Origin: Nitrospirales bacterium | Lineage (GTDB): Bacteria; Nitrospirota; Nitrospiria; Nitrospirales; UBA8639 | DNA length: 64,000 nucleotides | Reading direction: 5' to 3' | Assembly: GCA_963422365.1 (NCBI GenBank) | Contig: OY729426.1 | Location: 896,001-960,000 of the forward strand | Shown: in pieces, positions 1 to 11,304 of the stretch | Layout: each line of letters opens with the position of its first letter | Position numbering within the stretch: position 1 is the first letter of the stretch | Notes under the pieces: model-generated | What the model was told of the DNA's origin: nothing | Database searches by the model: none | What the model saw: only the letters and a program-made list of their open reading frames with translations | Position numbers and translations under genes: made by a program

Positions 1-2118
1 CTCAAGCCTGATGATGTGGTGGTCACCTCGACGGGCGCGTTCTTCGTTGCACTCACCGGGGTTGTCCTGGGCACGACCAAGATAGAGGGCTACACCATCA
101 CCACACAGGTAGACGGGGCGGGGGTGCAGTTGACGCTGCCGGCCGGGGTGACCTTTGGGGCCGAGCCGGCCTCCCTGGAGATCCGGCTGGACGCGCCGCT
201 CGCCTCAGCGGCCACGGTCTGTCTGCAGCAGCCCGCCGGGCTGTCGGGGACGCTGTTTGTGTATCATCTTGCCGATAAGGCCCAGACGTGGGAGAAACTG
301 TCGCCCGCAGCGGCGCCCCGCGGGTATGTCTGCGGCGAAACAGGCAGCTTTTCGGTGTTTGTCGTGGGGTCGCCCCTGCCGGGTTTCGGGGCAGCCTCGA
401 TTGAGGAGTACAGCTGGACGGTTGGCGAGGCCGTTGACGTGCGGCTGCCGGCAGCCACGGGGGGAGACGGGCCGATCACCTACCGGCTGAGTCCGGCTCT
501 CCCGGCGGGGCTCAGTTTTGAGGCAAAGGCGCGCACCATCACCGGCACGCCCACGGAGGCGGTGGCGAAGACGCGGTTCACCGACACGGCCACAGACACC
601 GACGGCCAGACGGGGCAGTTGCACTTCAGGGTGACGGTGCAGGCTGCTGAGGTGAGGCACCGTTCCCGGGCGCTCACGGTGGCCCTCGCGGCGTTCGGGC
701 GGACGGCCGCCACCGAGGCGGTAGACGTAATCGGGCGCCGGTTTGAGGCGGCGCCGGTCACGACGCCGGCGGTCACGGTGGGGGGCACGGCAGTCCCCGC
801 CCTGGACGTCCGGTCCGTAGCGGGGGTGTTGGGCGGGGTGCTGGGCCTGACGGGAGCGAGCCGGGACTCGGCCGGCCGAGGCCGAGCGGCCGAGGGCCGG
901 GTGGCCCCGAGCCGGTCCCCGCGGCTTGCGGCCACGGACGTGTTTGCGCGCAGCGAGTTTGCCGTGCCGTTGACCGGGACGAACGAGGGTGAATTGACAA
1001 CGGGCTGGACCTTCTGGGGCACGGGGGCAGCCAGCGGCTTTTCCAGTCAGCTCCTGGAGACCGACGGGGCGGTCTACACGGGCTACGTAGGACTGGACTA
1101 CCGGTTCGGGCAGAAGGGGCTAGCGGGCGTCGCGGTGTCGCACAGCGTGGGGGGCCTGGACTACGAGGTCGCGGGGGACTTTCTCCTGGTCAGCGGCGAG
1201 CGAGGGGGCATCCGGGGCGAGGTAGACCTAGCCATGACCAGCGTGCTGCCCTATGTCCACTACACGCCGTCTCCGGGGCTTGGGCTGTGGGGCCTCGCGG
1301 GCGCGGGCGTAGGGGAGCTGGAGGTGCAAGACGCCGCCGGGCGCGTGGAGACGGACGTTCAGTTGCTGCTGGCCGCGGTAGGCGGGCGGCAGGCGCTGAC
1401 CACGTGGCACGGGATCGAGGTGGCGGTAAAATCCGATGCGTTTGCCGTGCGGGTGAAAGCGGACGAAGCCGCGGGGCTGGCGGCGGTGACCGGGGTGGCG
1501 CACCGGGCGCGGGTGGCGCTGGCGATGAAGACGGACGTCGCCCTGTCACCAGAGTCGGCCCTGCAGCCCAGTGTGGAGCTGGGGGGGCGCTGGGACAACG
1601 GCGACGCCGAGACGGGGATGGGAGCAGAGCTCAGCGGCGGGGTCGAGTATCAGCAGAGGTGGTGGGGGGTGAGTCTCGCGGCTCGCGGCCGGTATCTGCT
1701 GGCGCATCAGGCAACGGACTTTGAGGCTTGGGGCGGCAGTCTCGCCGTGAAAGTAGGAGAGGGGCTGGGGGGGCAGGGGCTGTGGGTGGCGTTCGAGCCG
1801 ACGTGGGGCACCCCGGCCAGTGGCGTGGAGCAGTTGTGGGGCCGTGAGGCCGGGCCGGCCGGCAACGGGGCGCCCGCGGGCGGGGCCGTGGGCCGGCTGA
1901 CGGCGGACGTTGGCTATGGGCTGGCCCTGCGCCAGCCCGGGTGGCTGGTGACGCCCTACGGGGGCGTCGCCACCGGGCCGGCCACCAGCCGGTATCGGCT
2001 GGGCGGCCACCTCCAGGTCCACGAGGCCATGGCCCTCAGCCTCGAGGGGATACAGCAAACCACCCTTGACAGCGCCACTGAGCACGGCATCGTGTTCTCC
2101 TGGACGGTGGGCTTGTAG
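1..2118 (+). CDS. Autotransporter-type outer-membrane beta-barrel protein with a putative Ig (He_PIG-like) domain, 5'-truncated at window edge
   Basis: Frame is open from base 1. Ig-like repeat WTVGEAVDVRLPAATGGDGPITYRLSPALPAGLSF..TITGTPT. C-terminal amphipathic beta strands (WTFWGTG, YVGLDYRFG, GGRWDNGDAETGMG, TPYGG, terminal FSWTVGL). Very GC-rich compared with neighbours. Confidence 0.8.
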   Translation, partial: LKPDDVVVTSTGAFFVALTGVVLGTTKIEGYTITTQVDGAGVQLTLPAGVTFGAEPASLEIRLDAPLASAATVCLQQPAGLSGTLFVYHLADKAQTWEKLSPAAAPRGYVCGETGSFSVFVVGSPLPGFGAASIEEYSWTVGEAVDVRLPAATGGDGPITYRLSPALPAGLSFEAKARTITGTPTEAVAKTRFTDTATDTDGQTGQLHFRVTVQAAEVRHRSRALTVALAAFGRTAATEAVDVIGRRFEAAPVTTPAVTVGGTAVPALDVRSVAGVLGGVLGLTGASRDSAGRGRAAEGRVAPSRSPRLAATDVFARSEFAVPLTGTNEGELTTGWTFWGTGAASGFSSQLLETDGAVYTGYVGLDYRFGQKGLAGVAVSHSVGGLDYEVAGDFLLVSGERGGIRGEVDLAMTSVLPYVHYTPSPGLGLWGLAGAGVGELEVQDAAGRVETDVQLLLAAVGGRQALTTWHGIEVAVKSDAFAVRVKADEAAGLAAVTGVAHRARVALAMKTDVALSPESALQPSVELGGRWDNGDAETGMGAELSGGVEYQQRWWGVSLAARGRYLLAHQATDFEAWGGSLAVKVGEGLGGQGLWVAFEPTWGTPASGVEQLWGREAGPAGNGAPAGGAVGRLTADVGYGLALRQPGWLVTPYGGVATGPATSRYRLGGHLQVHEAMALSLEGIQQTTLDSATEHGIVFSWTVGL

Positions 2119-2290
2119 GGAGGAAGGGGCCTCGGCCATCCCCCCCCCACTGCAAGAGGTCGGCAGACAGCGAGCAGGGCGCCCCGGCTTTTCAGGCAGG
2201 GCTGGATCTGACACAGGGGGGGGAATGCGCCACTTTGAGTTTGCCGGGAAGCAAGAGAAACGAATGGCGCATGGGGCTGCATATATTGTT

Positions 2291-3037
2291 TTATCGAAGG
2301 AAAAAATTTTTTCCTGCGTTCACCAGAGCCCGGAAAAGACGTTTTTGGACCGGATCCAGATCGTAGAGGAATTCCGGATGCCATTGGACACCTAATAAAA
2401 ATGAACGATCCGGAGCTTCAATGGCTTCAATGACGCCATCAGGGGCGACAGCGGTCTGAAGAAGTTTCGGAGCCACCTTCTTGATGGATTGATGGTGGGA
2501 GCTATTCACCTCAACGCGAGATTTTCTGGCAATGCGGCGTAAAAGGCAATGTGGGGCAATATCCACGGAATGCGCCGTTTTTGTCGCCGAACAGGCTGGC
2601 AGATGTTCAATAGAGGTGTTGAGTTGTGACGGAATGTCTTGATACAGCGTGCCGCCCAGGGCGACGTTGATTGATTGCATGCCGCCGCAAATGCCTAACG
2701 TGGGAACATCGGCCTGGTAAGCCACTTTGGCGGCTCCTAGTTCGAAAGTCGCCCGTTCGTGACTCATGCGTGTAAACTTGTGTTGTTGTGGTTCCCCGTA
2801 TAATTCGGGCGCCAGGTCGGACCCGCTGCCTGTGATGAGGAGAGCATGCACGTGGGCCACCATCTGGCGCCATGCGGCCCTGTTCGACAACAGAGGCAAG
2901 AGAACAGGAATTCCCCCGGCATCTTCAATCGCCCTCATATATCTGGCGCGAAGAAAATAGGTCGGCTCTTTGCCGCCCATGTCCTTGCGATCCCCGGCAT
3001 TAAAGTCAGGCGTGACGCCAATAATCGGTTTTTTCAT
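2291..3037 (-). CDS. puuD: Gamma-glutamyl-gamma-aminobutyrate hydrolase family (peptidase C26, class I glutamine amidotransferase)
   Basis: Motifs KPIIGVT, LGICGGMQ..NVALGGTLYQDI, VNSSHHQ, GVQWHPE. Confidence 0.85.
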   Translation of the reverse strand: MKKPIIGVTPDFNAGDRKDMGGKEPTYFLRARYMRAIEDAGGIPVLLPLLSNRAAWRQMVAHVHALLITGSGSDLAPELYGEPQQHKFTRMSHERATFELGAAKVAYQADVPTLGICGGMQSINVALGGTLYQDIPSQLNTSIEHLPACSATKTAHSVDIAPHCLLRRIARKSRVEVNSSHHQSIKKVAPKLLQTAVAPDGVIEAIEAPDRSFLLGVQWHPEFLYDLDPVQKRLFRALVNAGKNFFLR

Positions 3038-3072
3038 GAGGGTCGGTATCCCCTTCGGCTTGCTTTCTCGGA

Positions 3073-3528
3073 CTATTCCACCACGGGCGGAACGTCCAAG
3101 TTGGCGAACAAGTTTTCTTTGAGAACATGACCGTTCTGCCGTATGGCATTCTCCAGTTCCTGAGAAAGTATATCCTGAGATAACAGGATCGTTTCCCGGC
3201 GAAGGCCTTCATCGATTGCGATCTGCAATTTCGTCTGGCATAGATATTGGAGAAACAGATCTTGGCCTCGTTGAAAATACTCGTCATATTCCTCTTTCGG
3301 GAGATGGCGAAGGATTTTCCGTAACCAGGACTCTAATTGAAGGATCTGTTTGAAACGTGAGACATGGGGTTGAGCAATCTCAACCACGAGTTGCATGCCT
3401 CCTTTCCAACTCCGCTTTTTGACGTTAAACACACAATAGAAAATATCGGGTTGGGTTTCATGAACGTCAGGCCCGAAAAATAACGTGGTTCGATACGGTG
3501 GAATTTTTGGAGAGGACAGGGTAGACAT
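3073..3528 (-). CDS. Hypothetical protein
   Basis: Clean ORF of about 151 aa (likely ATG 3528, MSTLSSPKIPPYRTTLFFGP), co-oriented directly upstream of the puuD-like gene. Confidence 0.6.
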   Translation of the reverse strand: MSTLSSPKIPPYRTTLFFGPDVHETQPDIFYCVFNVKKRSWKGGMQLVVEIAQPHVSRFKQILQLESWLRKILRHLPKEEYDEYFQRGQDLFLQYLCQTKLQIAIDEGLRRETILLSQDILSQELENAIRQNGHVLKENLFANLDVPPVVE

Positions 3529-3624
3529 CGATGGCGATGTTACCATGTGTTGAATCCAATACAAAGGACTGCCCTTTGACTCTGCGTGGAGATGGCTTGG
3601 AGACTTTTCTGCTTTTTGAGCGGG

Positions 3625-3653
3625 TTGACACGGCCCATCGTGGTCTTTACAGT
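3625..3653 (+). promoter_or_regulatory. Candidate sigma70 promoter for tatA
   Basis: TTGACA (3625-3630), 17 bp spacer, TACAGT (3648-3653), about 45 bp upstream of the tatA ATG. Confidence 0.5.
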
Positions 3654-3697
3654 ACTCTCAAGAAGTTATTGGTCTTCTATCCTTTGAAGGATTTGTT

Positions 3698-4519
3698 ATG
3701 TTTGGGACCCTCGGATTTTCAGAACTGATCATTATTCTGGTCATTGTTCTGATCATTTTTGGAGCAGGGCGGCTTCCTCAAATTGGAGAGGGAGTCGGGA
3801 AAGCCCTGAAGGGTTTTAAAAAGGAAGTCCATGATAGTCCTCCTCCTACGGAAGAGCCAAGCCTCCAGGTTGCCTTACCCGATCCTGCACTTGATCCTGC
3901 GGCTCAGCCCGTAACTGCTCTAGGAGCACAAGCGGCAGACTCTGCGCCTCAGCCCGTGACTCAGCAACCCCTTCAGCCTGGTCCCGAAAGAACCCCTGGG
4001 ACGTTAGCGGCACAGGTGTATGGTGGATTTGGTCCTGAAACGGTTCATCCTGCTTCTCACCCTGCTGCAGACACAGGATCGGCAGGACCCTCTCCCTATC
4101 AAGAGCAGTTTGAACCGGTAACCATGGAGCAGCGTGCCGCGAGTTCAGTGCCTCAACCGTTGGCACAGTATCCACCTCTTCCTCCTTCGGCTATGCCTGC
4201 TCAAGCAGGAAAACGGCCGGCGGCTATTGTGAATAAAAAGGCTGTCGCTCGTGTTCAGGCGCAACGAGCTGAGATGCAGGCCAAGGCCGCCAAACCTGCA
4301 GCTGCCGCGGGAAGTGACGACCTGCAATCTTTGGGAGAAGGATTGGGTGGCGCCCTCCGAACCTTTCGTGAAGCCACGGCGGATGTGCGGAATTCTCTTG
4401 ATCCAGAGATGCGGACGATTCAAGCCGAGCTTGAATCGGCGCAAAAAGAAGTTGAACAGTCCATTGAAGTGGTGAAACAACCGCCGTTACCCAAAGCTCC
4501 CCCCCTCCCACAACCGTAA
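3698..4519 (+). CDS. tatA: Twin-arginine translocase TatA/E family subunit with long Pro/Ala/Gln-rich extension
   Basis: N-terminus [43 protein letters not shown] is the canonical TatA TM plus amphipathic helix. Confidence 0.85.
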   Translation: MFGTLGFSELIIILVIVLIIFGAGRLPQIGEGVGKALKGFKKEVHDSPPPTEEPSLQVALPDPALDPAAQPVTALGAQAADSAPQPVTQQPLQPGPERTPGTLAAQVYGGFGPETVHPASHPAADTGSAGPSPYQEQFEPVTMEQRAASSVPQPLAQYPPLPPSAMPAQAGKRPAAIVNKKAVARVQAQRAEMQAKAAKPAAAAGSDDLQSLGEGLGGALRTFREATADVRNSLDPEMRTIQAELESAQKEVEQSIEVVKQPPLPKAPPLPQP

Positions 4520-4645
4520 CAGGCGTAACAGGATATTGAAAAAACATGTCCTGAGTTGTCCTTCGGTCCTTCTTCGCCTTCGGCTCAGAAGGACACAGGC
4601 TGTTCCGATGCCGCCGTAGATCATGGCCAATGTTGTCTTGCCTTG

Positions 4646-5461
4646 ATGCCCACATTGGTTTTCAATAAGCTGCTACGTGTCAGTGGAACGCTCTGCGTGT
4701 TCGTAAAAACCCCCTCTCTGGCCCTCCTTCTCTTTGGCGTCTCGTTGGCCTTGAGTTGTCAGGGAGAAACCCCCGTTGGGGACCCACAAAGGGTCACCAC
4801 TCGTCTCGTGACCCTTCTTCAAGACCCTTCCCACGATGTTCGACGAACGGCTGCGCTTTCTCTTGGCAAAATTGGGCATTCCACTGCAACGATGGCCTTA
4901 GTTCAGGCTTTATCCGACCCCGACCATAAAGTTCGTGAATATAGTGCTTGGGCCTTGGGACAGATAGGGGAAGACGTGAACGACAAGGCAGCCCTTCGCC
5001 TTGCAGAATCCCTAGGTGATACGCACCATTCTGTAAAAAAATCAGCCGCACAGGCGTTGGGAAAAATCGGCCCTCGTCAACCAGTCATTGGAATACTCAC
5101 ACAAGCTTTGTCAGTCGGAGAGAGACACAGCCGGCGTGCTGCCGCTGAAGCGCTCACACAGCTTGAAGCCCAAAGTATCTATCGGGCTTTGCGGGAAGCC
5201 CTGGCTGACCCGGACCCGGCCGTGCGACAGGGTGCCATCGCTGCGTTAGGTGAGTTGGCTGATCGTCGAGCCCTCTTTGATTTTCGGCAACGACTCTTGT
5301 TTGATCCTGACAGAGGCGTACGAACCGAGGCTGCCTATCGACTGGGAAAATTGGGAGATCCCCAAGAGTTACCAGCCCTTGACTGGGCAGCACAGAACGA
5401 TGCGTCCCCCATTGTTCGTTTGTGGGCCAACTGGGCAACGGCCAATATTACTGATGAGTAA
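4646..5461 (+). CDS. HEAT/PBS-lyase repeat protein, probable lipoprotein
   Basis: Repeated L.D....VR..AA.ALG.IG units. Hydrophobic stretch ends in a LALSC lipobox. Start uncertain (ORF extends to 4556). Confidence 0.8.
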   Translation: MPTLVFNKLLRVSGTLCVFVKTPSLALLLFGVSLALSCQGETPVGDPQRVTTRLVTLLQDPSHDVRRTAALSLGKIGHSTATMALVQALSDPDHKVREYSAWALGQIGEDVNDKAALRLAESLGDTHHSVKKSAAQALGKIGPRQPVIGILTQALSVGERHSRRAAAEALTQLEAQSIYRALREALADPDPAVRQGAIAALGELADRRALFDFRQRLLFDPDRGVRTEAAYRLGKLGDPQELPALDWAAQNDASPIVRLWANWATANITDE

Positions 5462-5504
5462 GCCTCGCGGGATGAGGCCTGCCGGAATCTCCTGTGATGG
5501 CTGG

Positions 5505-7502
5505 CTATTCGACTTTCGTGTCCACAAGGAGTCCAATGGCTCGGCGAATATGAGCGTGGGCACCCAGCAGAACCACGATGTCCCCGGCTTCGATGACGGT
5601 TTTGTCTGAGGGGTTGGATTGCGTGACTCCGTCACGCATGAAGGCAATCACGGATGCTCCGGTTCTTGGCCGAATAGCCAACTCATGAAGTGATTGACCC
5701 AGAGCGGGTGAACCTTCATCGATGCGGCAGGTTTCCATTTCCACGTCCTCGAGCGTTCCGGACCGAAGATGGTGGGCGAGTTCGGGAAGTTCCCCCCGGC
5801 GGAGAAGCGCATAGCCTTCTTGCCGGATTTGTTCAGCCTTCCGAAGAATGACGTGTTGAGGAGTTTGAAACGATTGGAGGACAAGGGTTGAAATTTCAAT
5901 CGACGTTTCAAATTCTTCAGGAATAATTTCATTGGCTCCGAGTTGCTGCAATTCTTCGAGCTCTTTGAGATATCGGGTCCGAACAATGACGTGAATCGAC
6001 GGGTTCAAGCTTTTGGCAAGTTGGACGATACGCCGTGCTCCAAAAGGGTCAGAAATGGCGACCACAAGGACCTTGGCATTTTCAATTTGGACCTGATGCA
6101 AGACCGTTGGATTGGTGGCATCGCCATATTGAATGGGGACACCCGTCCCCATTGCTAATTGAACCACCTCCCCCCGTATATCCAAGACGACATAGGGAAT
6201 CTCGAACTCTCGAAGGACTCGTGAAAGATTTCGGCCATTCAAGCCGTATCCGACAATGATGACGTGATCCCTGAGTTTGAATTGGGCCGTTTCCGCGCGT
6301 AGCGATACACGCCCGGGCAACCATTGGTGCAACCGTTGCATGGCTTCCGTCCGTCGCGCGATTTTGGGGGACCATTGGATCAAAAATGGTGCGATGATCA
6401 TGGTCAGGACCGAGACGGCGAGAAAGATATTATAGGTTTCACGGTACAGGATACCCGCCTTGAGGCCTTCTTCAGCCAAGATGAAGGCAAATTCGCCTAC
6501 TTGAGCCAAGGCGACACCAGCTAGGATCGCTGAACGAAGCGGAGCGCCGACTGCTAAAACCGCAGCGGCTCCCGTCACAAATTTTCCAATGACCACTGCA
6601 CCGACCATGGTCATGATGAGAAGCGGGTGTTCCAAGATCACCCGCGTATCCATGAGCATGCCGATCGAGACAAAAAATAAGCTGTTAAAACTGTCCCGAA
6701 ACGGGAGAACCTCGGCAAGTGCCTGGTGACTGTATTCCGATTCGGAGATGATGAGTCCGGCGATAAAAGCGCCGAGGGCGATGGATAACCCAAATAGTGA
6801 GGTCAACCACGCCGTACCCATGCAGAGGACCACGATGGTCAGGAGAAATAATTCTCGACTTTTCGTCCGAACGATATGCTCAAGGAGTTTGGGTACGAAG
6901 ACTCTAGCGGCGAGCACAATAAGGAAAACCAGAGCAAGAGATTGTCCGAGGGCGAGCAGAATGCGACCAATGCCTTCTGATCCTTGGTTCCCCAAAAATG
7001 GCGTCATGAGCATCATGGGCACGATGGCCAAGTCTTGAAATATTAAAATGCCGATCGTGGATCGTCCGTGGAGGGTATCGCTTTCGCCTCGTTCAGCCAG
7101 CGCTTTCAGGACGATGGCCGTGCTGCTCAGGGTGACCAAGAATCCCCAAAAGATGGCGGAGTTCGTGTCGATTTCCAAGAGTACCCCGCCAACGACGAAA
7201 AAGAGCAGGACACCAAAAATCTGGGCCGGTCCTCCCACAAAAAACAAGATTTTCGAGGACTTCACGTTCGTTAAAGAAAATTCCAGGCCGATCGTAAAAA
7301 GCAGAAGCATCACCCCAATCTCCGCAAGCACGTGCACTTGTTCTCGATCAGAAATGAGGTTGAGCCCATAGGGACCAACGAGAGCCCCCACGACGAGGAA
7401 CCCCGCAATCGAGGGAAGGTGGAGTTTTTGAAACAGGAACACCACCACGATGGACACGGAAAAAATAATAATGACGTCCCTGAGTGCGCTGATTTCATCC
7501 AT
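5505..7502 (-). CDS. CPA2 family monovalent cation:proton antiporter (KefB/C-like) with TrkA-N and TrkA-C domains
   Basis: LAEIGVMLLLFTIGLEFS, LSSTAIV, FQDL, FFVSIGM, IIVGYGLNG Rossmann fold, C-terminal RCK-C. Confidence 0.9.
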   Translation of the reverse strand: MDEISALRDVIIIFSVSIVVVFLFQKLHLPSIAGFLVVGALVGPYGLNLISDREQVHVLAEIGVMLLLFTIGLEFSLTNVKSSKILFFVGGPAQIFGVLLFFVVGGVLLEIDTNSAIFWGFLVTLSSTAIVLKALAERGESDTLHGRSTIGILIFQDLAIVPMMLMTPFLGNQGSEGIGRILLALGQSLALVFLIVLAARVFVPKLLEHIVRTKSRELFLLTIVVLCMGTAWLTSLFGLSIALGAFIAGLIISESEYSHQALAEVLPFRDSFNSLFFVSIGMLMDTRVILEHPLLIMTMVGAVVIGKFVTGAAAVLAVGAPLRSAILAGVALAQVGEFAFILAEEGLKAGILYRETYNIFLAVSVLTMIIAPFLIQWSPKIARRTEAMQRLHQWLPGRVSLRAETAQFKLRDHVIIVGYGLNGRNLSRVLREFEIPYVVLDIRGEVVQLAMGTGVPIQYGDATNPTVLHQVQIENAKVLVVAISDPFGARRIVQLAKSLNPSIHVIVRTRYLKELEELQQLGANEIIPEEFETSIEISTLVLQSFQTPQHVILRKAEQIRQEGYALLRRGELPELAHHLRSGTLEDVEMETCRIDEGSPALGQSLHELAIRPRTGASVIAFMRDGVTQSNPSDKTVIEAGDIVVLLGAHAHIRRAIGLLVDTKVE

Positions 7503-7704
7503 AATGATTGCTCTGGAAAACAGAAGAATCGAACGAAATGGTGATCCTCTCGCTCACTCAATCCCGTGACGACAGTCAGAGAAAGTTGGAGGGCGGTTTC
7601 CCCCTCGGCTGTTCAGTGAACGCCTCACACCTCCCCTGACAGGAGATCTGGAAGCCGCTTCTCGGTTCGTCGAACGACAGCCGGTTACACTTGGAACTGC
7701 GGGC

Positions 7705-8328
7705 TTAAGAACACAAGTCTTGAAAGAGCCAGGGGGCTTCTTGTTTTCTTCTTGCTTCGTAGCCGGCAATATCCTTTTCGCGTTGAAGGGTCAATCCAAT
7801 AGCGTCCAACCCTTGCAGAAGGCACTGTTTTCGAAAAGGATCAATGGAAAATTGAAACGTGGATTTCTGCGGCGTGGATATCGTTTGAGCAGCTAAGTCG
7901 ATCGTCAGTTGAACCTGATCATCCGCGTAGACCTGATCGAAGAGCTGCTGAATGTCTTGGGCTTCCAGGGCAATCGGCAGGATGCTGTTTTGAAAGCAAT
8001 TATTATAAAAAATCTCGGCAAAGCTCGGAGCAAGAATGGAGCGAATCCCATAATCCAACAGCGCCCAGGGCGCATGTTCCCTGGAAGAACCACATCCGAA
8101 ATTGTCACGAGTGAGCAGAATGGTGGCATGGGCATACTGCGGTTGATTCATAAAAAAATCCGGGTCCGGCAAGCCATCGGGGAGATGGCGCCAATCTGCA
8201 AAGAGCCCTTCTTTCAATCCCGTTCGATGAATCGTCTTTAAATATTGCTTGGGAATGATCTGGTCGGTATCGACGTTGACGCGATCCAGAGGAGCGACTT
8301 GTCCGGTATGGGTGGTAAAGGGGTTCAT
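7705..8328 (-). CDS. leuD: 3-isopropylmalate dehydratase small subunit
   Basis: NVDTDQIIPKQYL, NFGCGSSREHAPWAL. Confidence 0.97.
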   Translation of the reverse strand: MNPFTTHTGQVAPLDRVNVDTDQIIPKQYLKTIHRTGLKEGLFADWRHLPDGLPDPDFFMNQPQYAHATILLTRDNFGCGSSREHAPWALLDYGIRSILAPSFAEIFYNNCFQNSILPIALEAQDIQQLFDQVYADDQVQLTIDLAAQTISTPQKSTFQFSIDPFRKQCLLQGLDAIGLTLQREKDIAGYEARRKQEAPWLFQDLCS

Positions 8329-8343
8329 GGCAACGCTCTTGAA

Positions 8344-9747
8344 TCAGGCCCAATGACGAATATCGACGAAGTGTCCGGTGAGGGCTGCTGCCGCGGCCAT
8401 CGCCGGCGAGACCAGGTGTGTTCGTCCCCCCTTTCCTTGACGGCCTTCGAAGTTTCGGTTGCTCGTCGAAGCGCAACGCTCACCAGGTTGGAGCATGTCG
8501 GCATTCATGGCCAGGCACATGCTGCAGCCAGACTCCCGCCATTCGGCACCGGCTGCTCGAAAAATTGTATCCAATCCTTCCTCTTCCGCTTGTTTTTTGA
8601 CCAGACCTGAACCGGGCACGATCATTGCTTTCACACTAGGTGCCACTTTTTTCCCTTTAAAGTAGGAGGCCGCCAAGCGTAAATCTTCAATCCGTGAATT
8701 CGTGCACGATCCGATAAACACCCGATCAATGTTGATATCCACGATAGGGGTTCCGGGTATGAGGGCCATGTAGTCGAGCGCTCGTGCCGTGGCATCCTGC
8801 GTTTCGACGTCGGAACAAGACCGAGGGTCTGGCACCGCGCCATCCACACCAGTTACCATTCCTGGATTCGTGCCCCACGTGACTTGAGGGGCAATGTCTT
8901 CCCCATGCAACGTGACGATTCGATCATAGGTGGCTCCAGGATCCGTGCGGAGCCTTTCCCAATGGTGGACGGCCTGGGGCCAGAGGTGTGCAGGGGGAGC
9001 CATGGGACGGTCCTTGATATAGGAGAGGGTGGTCTCGTCGGGGGCAAGCATGCCGGCGCGTGCTCCGCCTTCAATTGACATATTGCAGAGGGTCATTCGG
9101 CTTTCCATCGACAAGGAACGAACTGCCTCGCCCGTGTATTCCACGACGTATCCATTTCCTCCCGAGGTGCCGATGTGTCCAATGATGGCCAGGATCATAT
9201 CTTTTGCCGAACAGTGGGGAGAGAGTTGGCCGTCGACTCGGATTTCCATGGTTTGCGGTCGTTTTTGGATCAAACATTGGGTGGCCAGGACGTGTTCGAC
9301 TTCACTGGTCCCAATGCCAAAAGCCAACGCCCCGAATGCGCCGTGGGTGGAGGTATGAGAATCCCCGCAGACAATCGTCATTCCAGGCAAGGTGAGCCCT
9401 TGCTCCGGACCAATGACATGCACGATCCCCTGACGAATGTCATGCATGGAGAACATCGGAATGCCAAAGTCAGCGCAATGGTGTTCGAGCGTTTGAATTT
9501 GAATGCGACTCAAGGGGTCTGCAATGTCCACCCTTCGGTCGGTCGTTGGCACATTATGGTCGGGCACCGCGAGTGTCGCCTCTGGACGACGAGGATGACG
9601 TCCGGCGAGTTTGAGCCCTTCAAAGGCTTGAGGCGAGGTCACTTCATGGACTAAGTGGCGGTCGATATACAACAGGGTCGTGCCATTCGAGTCCTCATAC
9701 ACCACGTGAGGGTCCCATATTTTGTCAAAAAGAGTTTGTGTTGCCAT
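8344..9747 (-). CDS. leuC: 3-isopropylmalate dehydratase large subunit
   Basis: [51 protein letters not shown]. Confidence 0.97.
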   Translation of the reverse strand: MATQTLFDKIWDPHVVYEDSNGTTLLYIDRHLVHEVTSPQAFEGLKLAGRHPRRPEATLAVPDHNVPTTDRRVDIADPLSRIQIQTLEHHCADFGIPMFSMHDIRQGIVHVIGPEQGLTLPGMTIVCGDSHTSTHGAFGALAFGIGTSEVEHVLATQCLIQKRPQTMEIRVDGQLSPHCSAKDMILAIIGHIGTSGGNGYVVEYTGEAVRSLSMESRMTLCNMSIEGGARAGMLAPDETTLSYIKDRPMAPPAHLWPQAVHHWERLRTDPGATYDRIVTLHGEDIAPQVTWGTNPGMVTGVDGAVPDPRSCSDVETQDATARALDYMALIPGTPIVDINIDRVFIGSCTNSRIEDLRLAASYFKGKKVAPSVKAMIVPGSGLVKKQAEEEGLDTIFRAAGAEWRESGCSMCLAMNADMLQPGERCASTSNRNFEGRQGKGGRTHLVSPAMAAAAALTGHFVDIRHWA

Positions 9748-10219
9748 CAAACAGCCCCCTATTCAGGGGTGTCAGTATGGCGCATCGGGGGCGCAGCGTG
9801 CAACCCACAGCTCGGATTTTTCCACCCAGTCTACGCCACTCGCGACGACCGGGTGCAAGAAGTCAGGACTAGCCTGACAAGCACTCCTTTCCTCAGCAAG
9901 CATCAGGGGGAATTTTGAGGGCAGGCGAGAGTTTTGCTATACTTTATGAGTCATTTCGTTTAAAGTTTTCCTTGTAAGGGGTTACCGGAACGTGAACAAT
10001 GTGCTGACTGTTTCGCCTCTCCCGTCTAACGTCAGCCTCTCGGAAAAGCAGAATTCCCTTTGTCACCGGATGTGAGTTGTTGTCTTTCTTCTTGGACAAC
10101 CTGCTAGTGGAGAGCGAATCCATGGGGAGGCTGTCATCGAATGAAGTGAAGAACGATGCAAAGGGCCATCGGTTCCACTCCTACCGGAGAACAACTGTCC
10201 ACCCTTCAGTTAGGACTGA

Positions 10220-11290
<1,071 letters not shown>

Positions 11291-11304
11291 AGGAACAACT
11301 TCTT

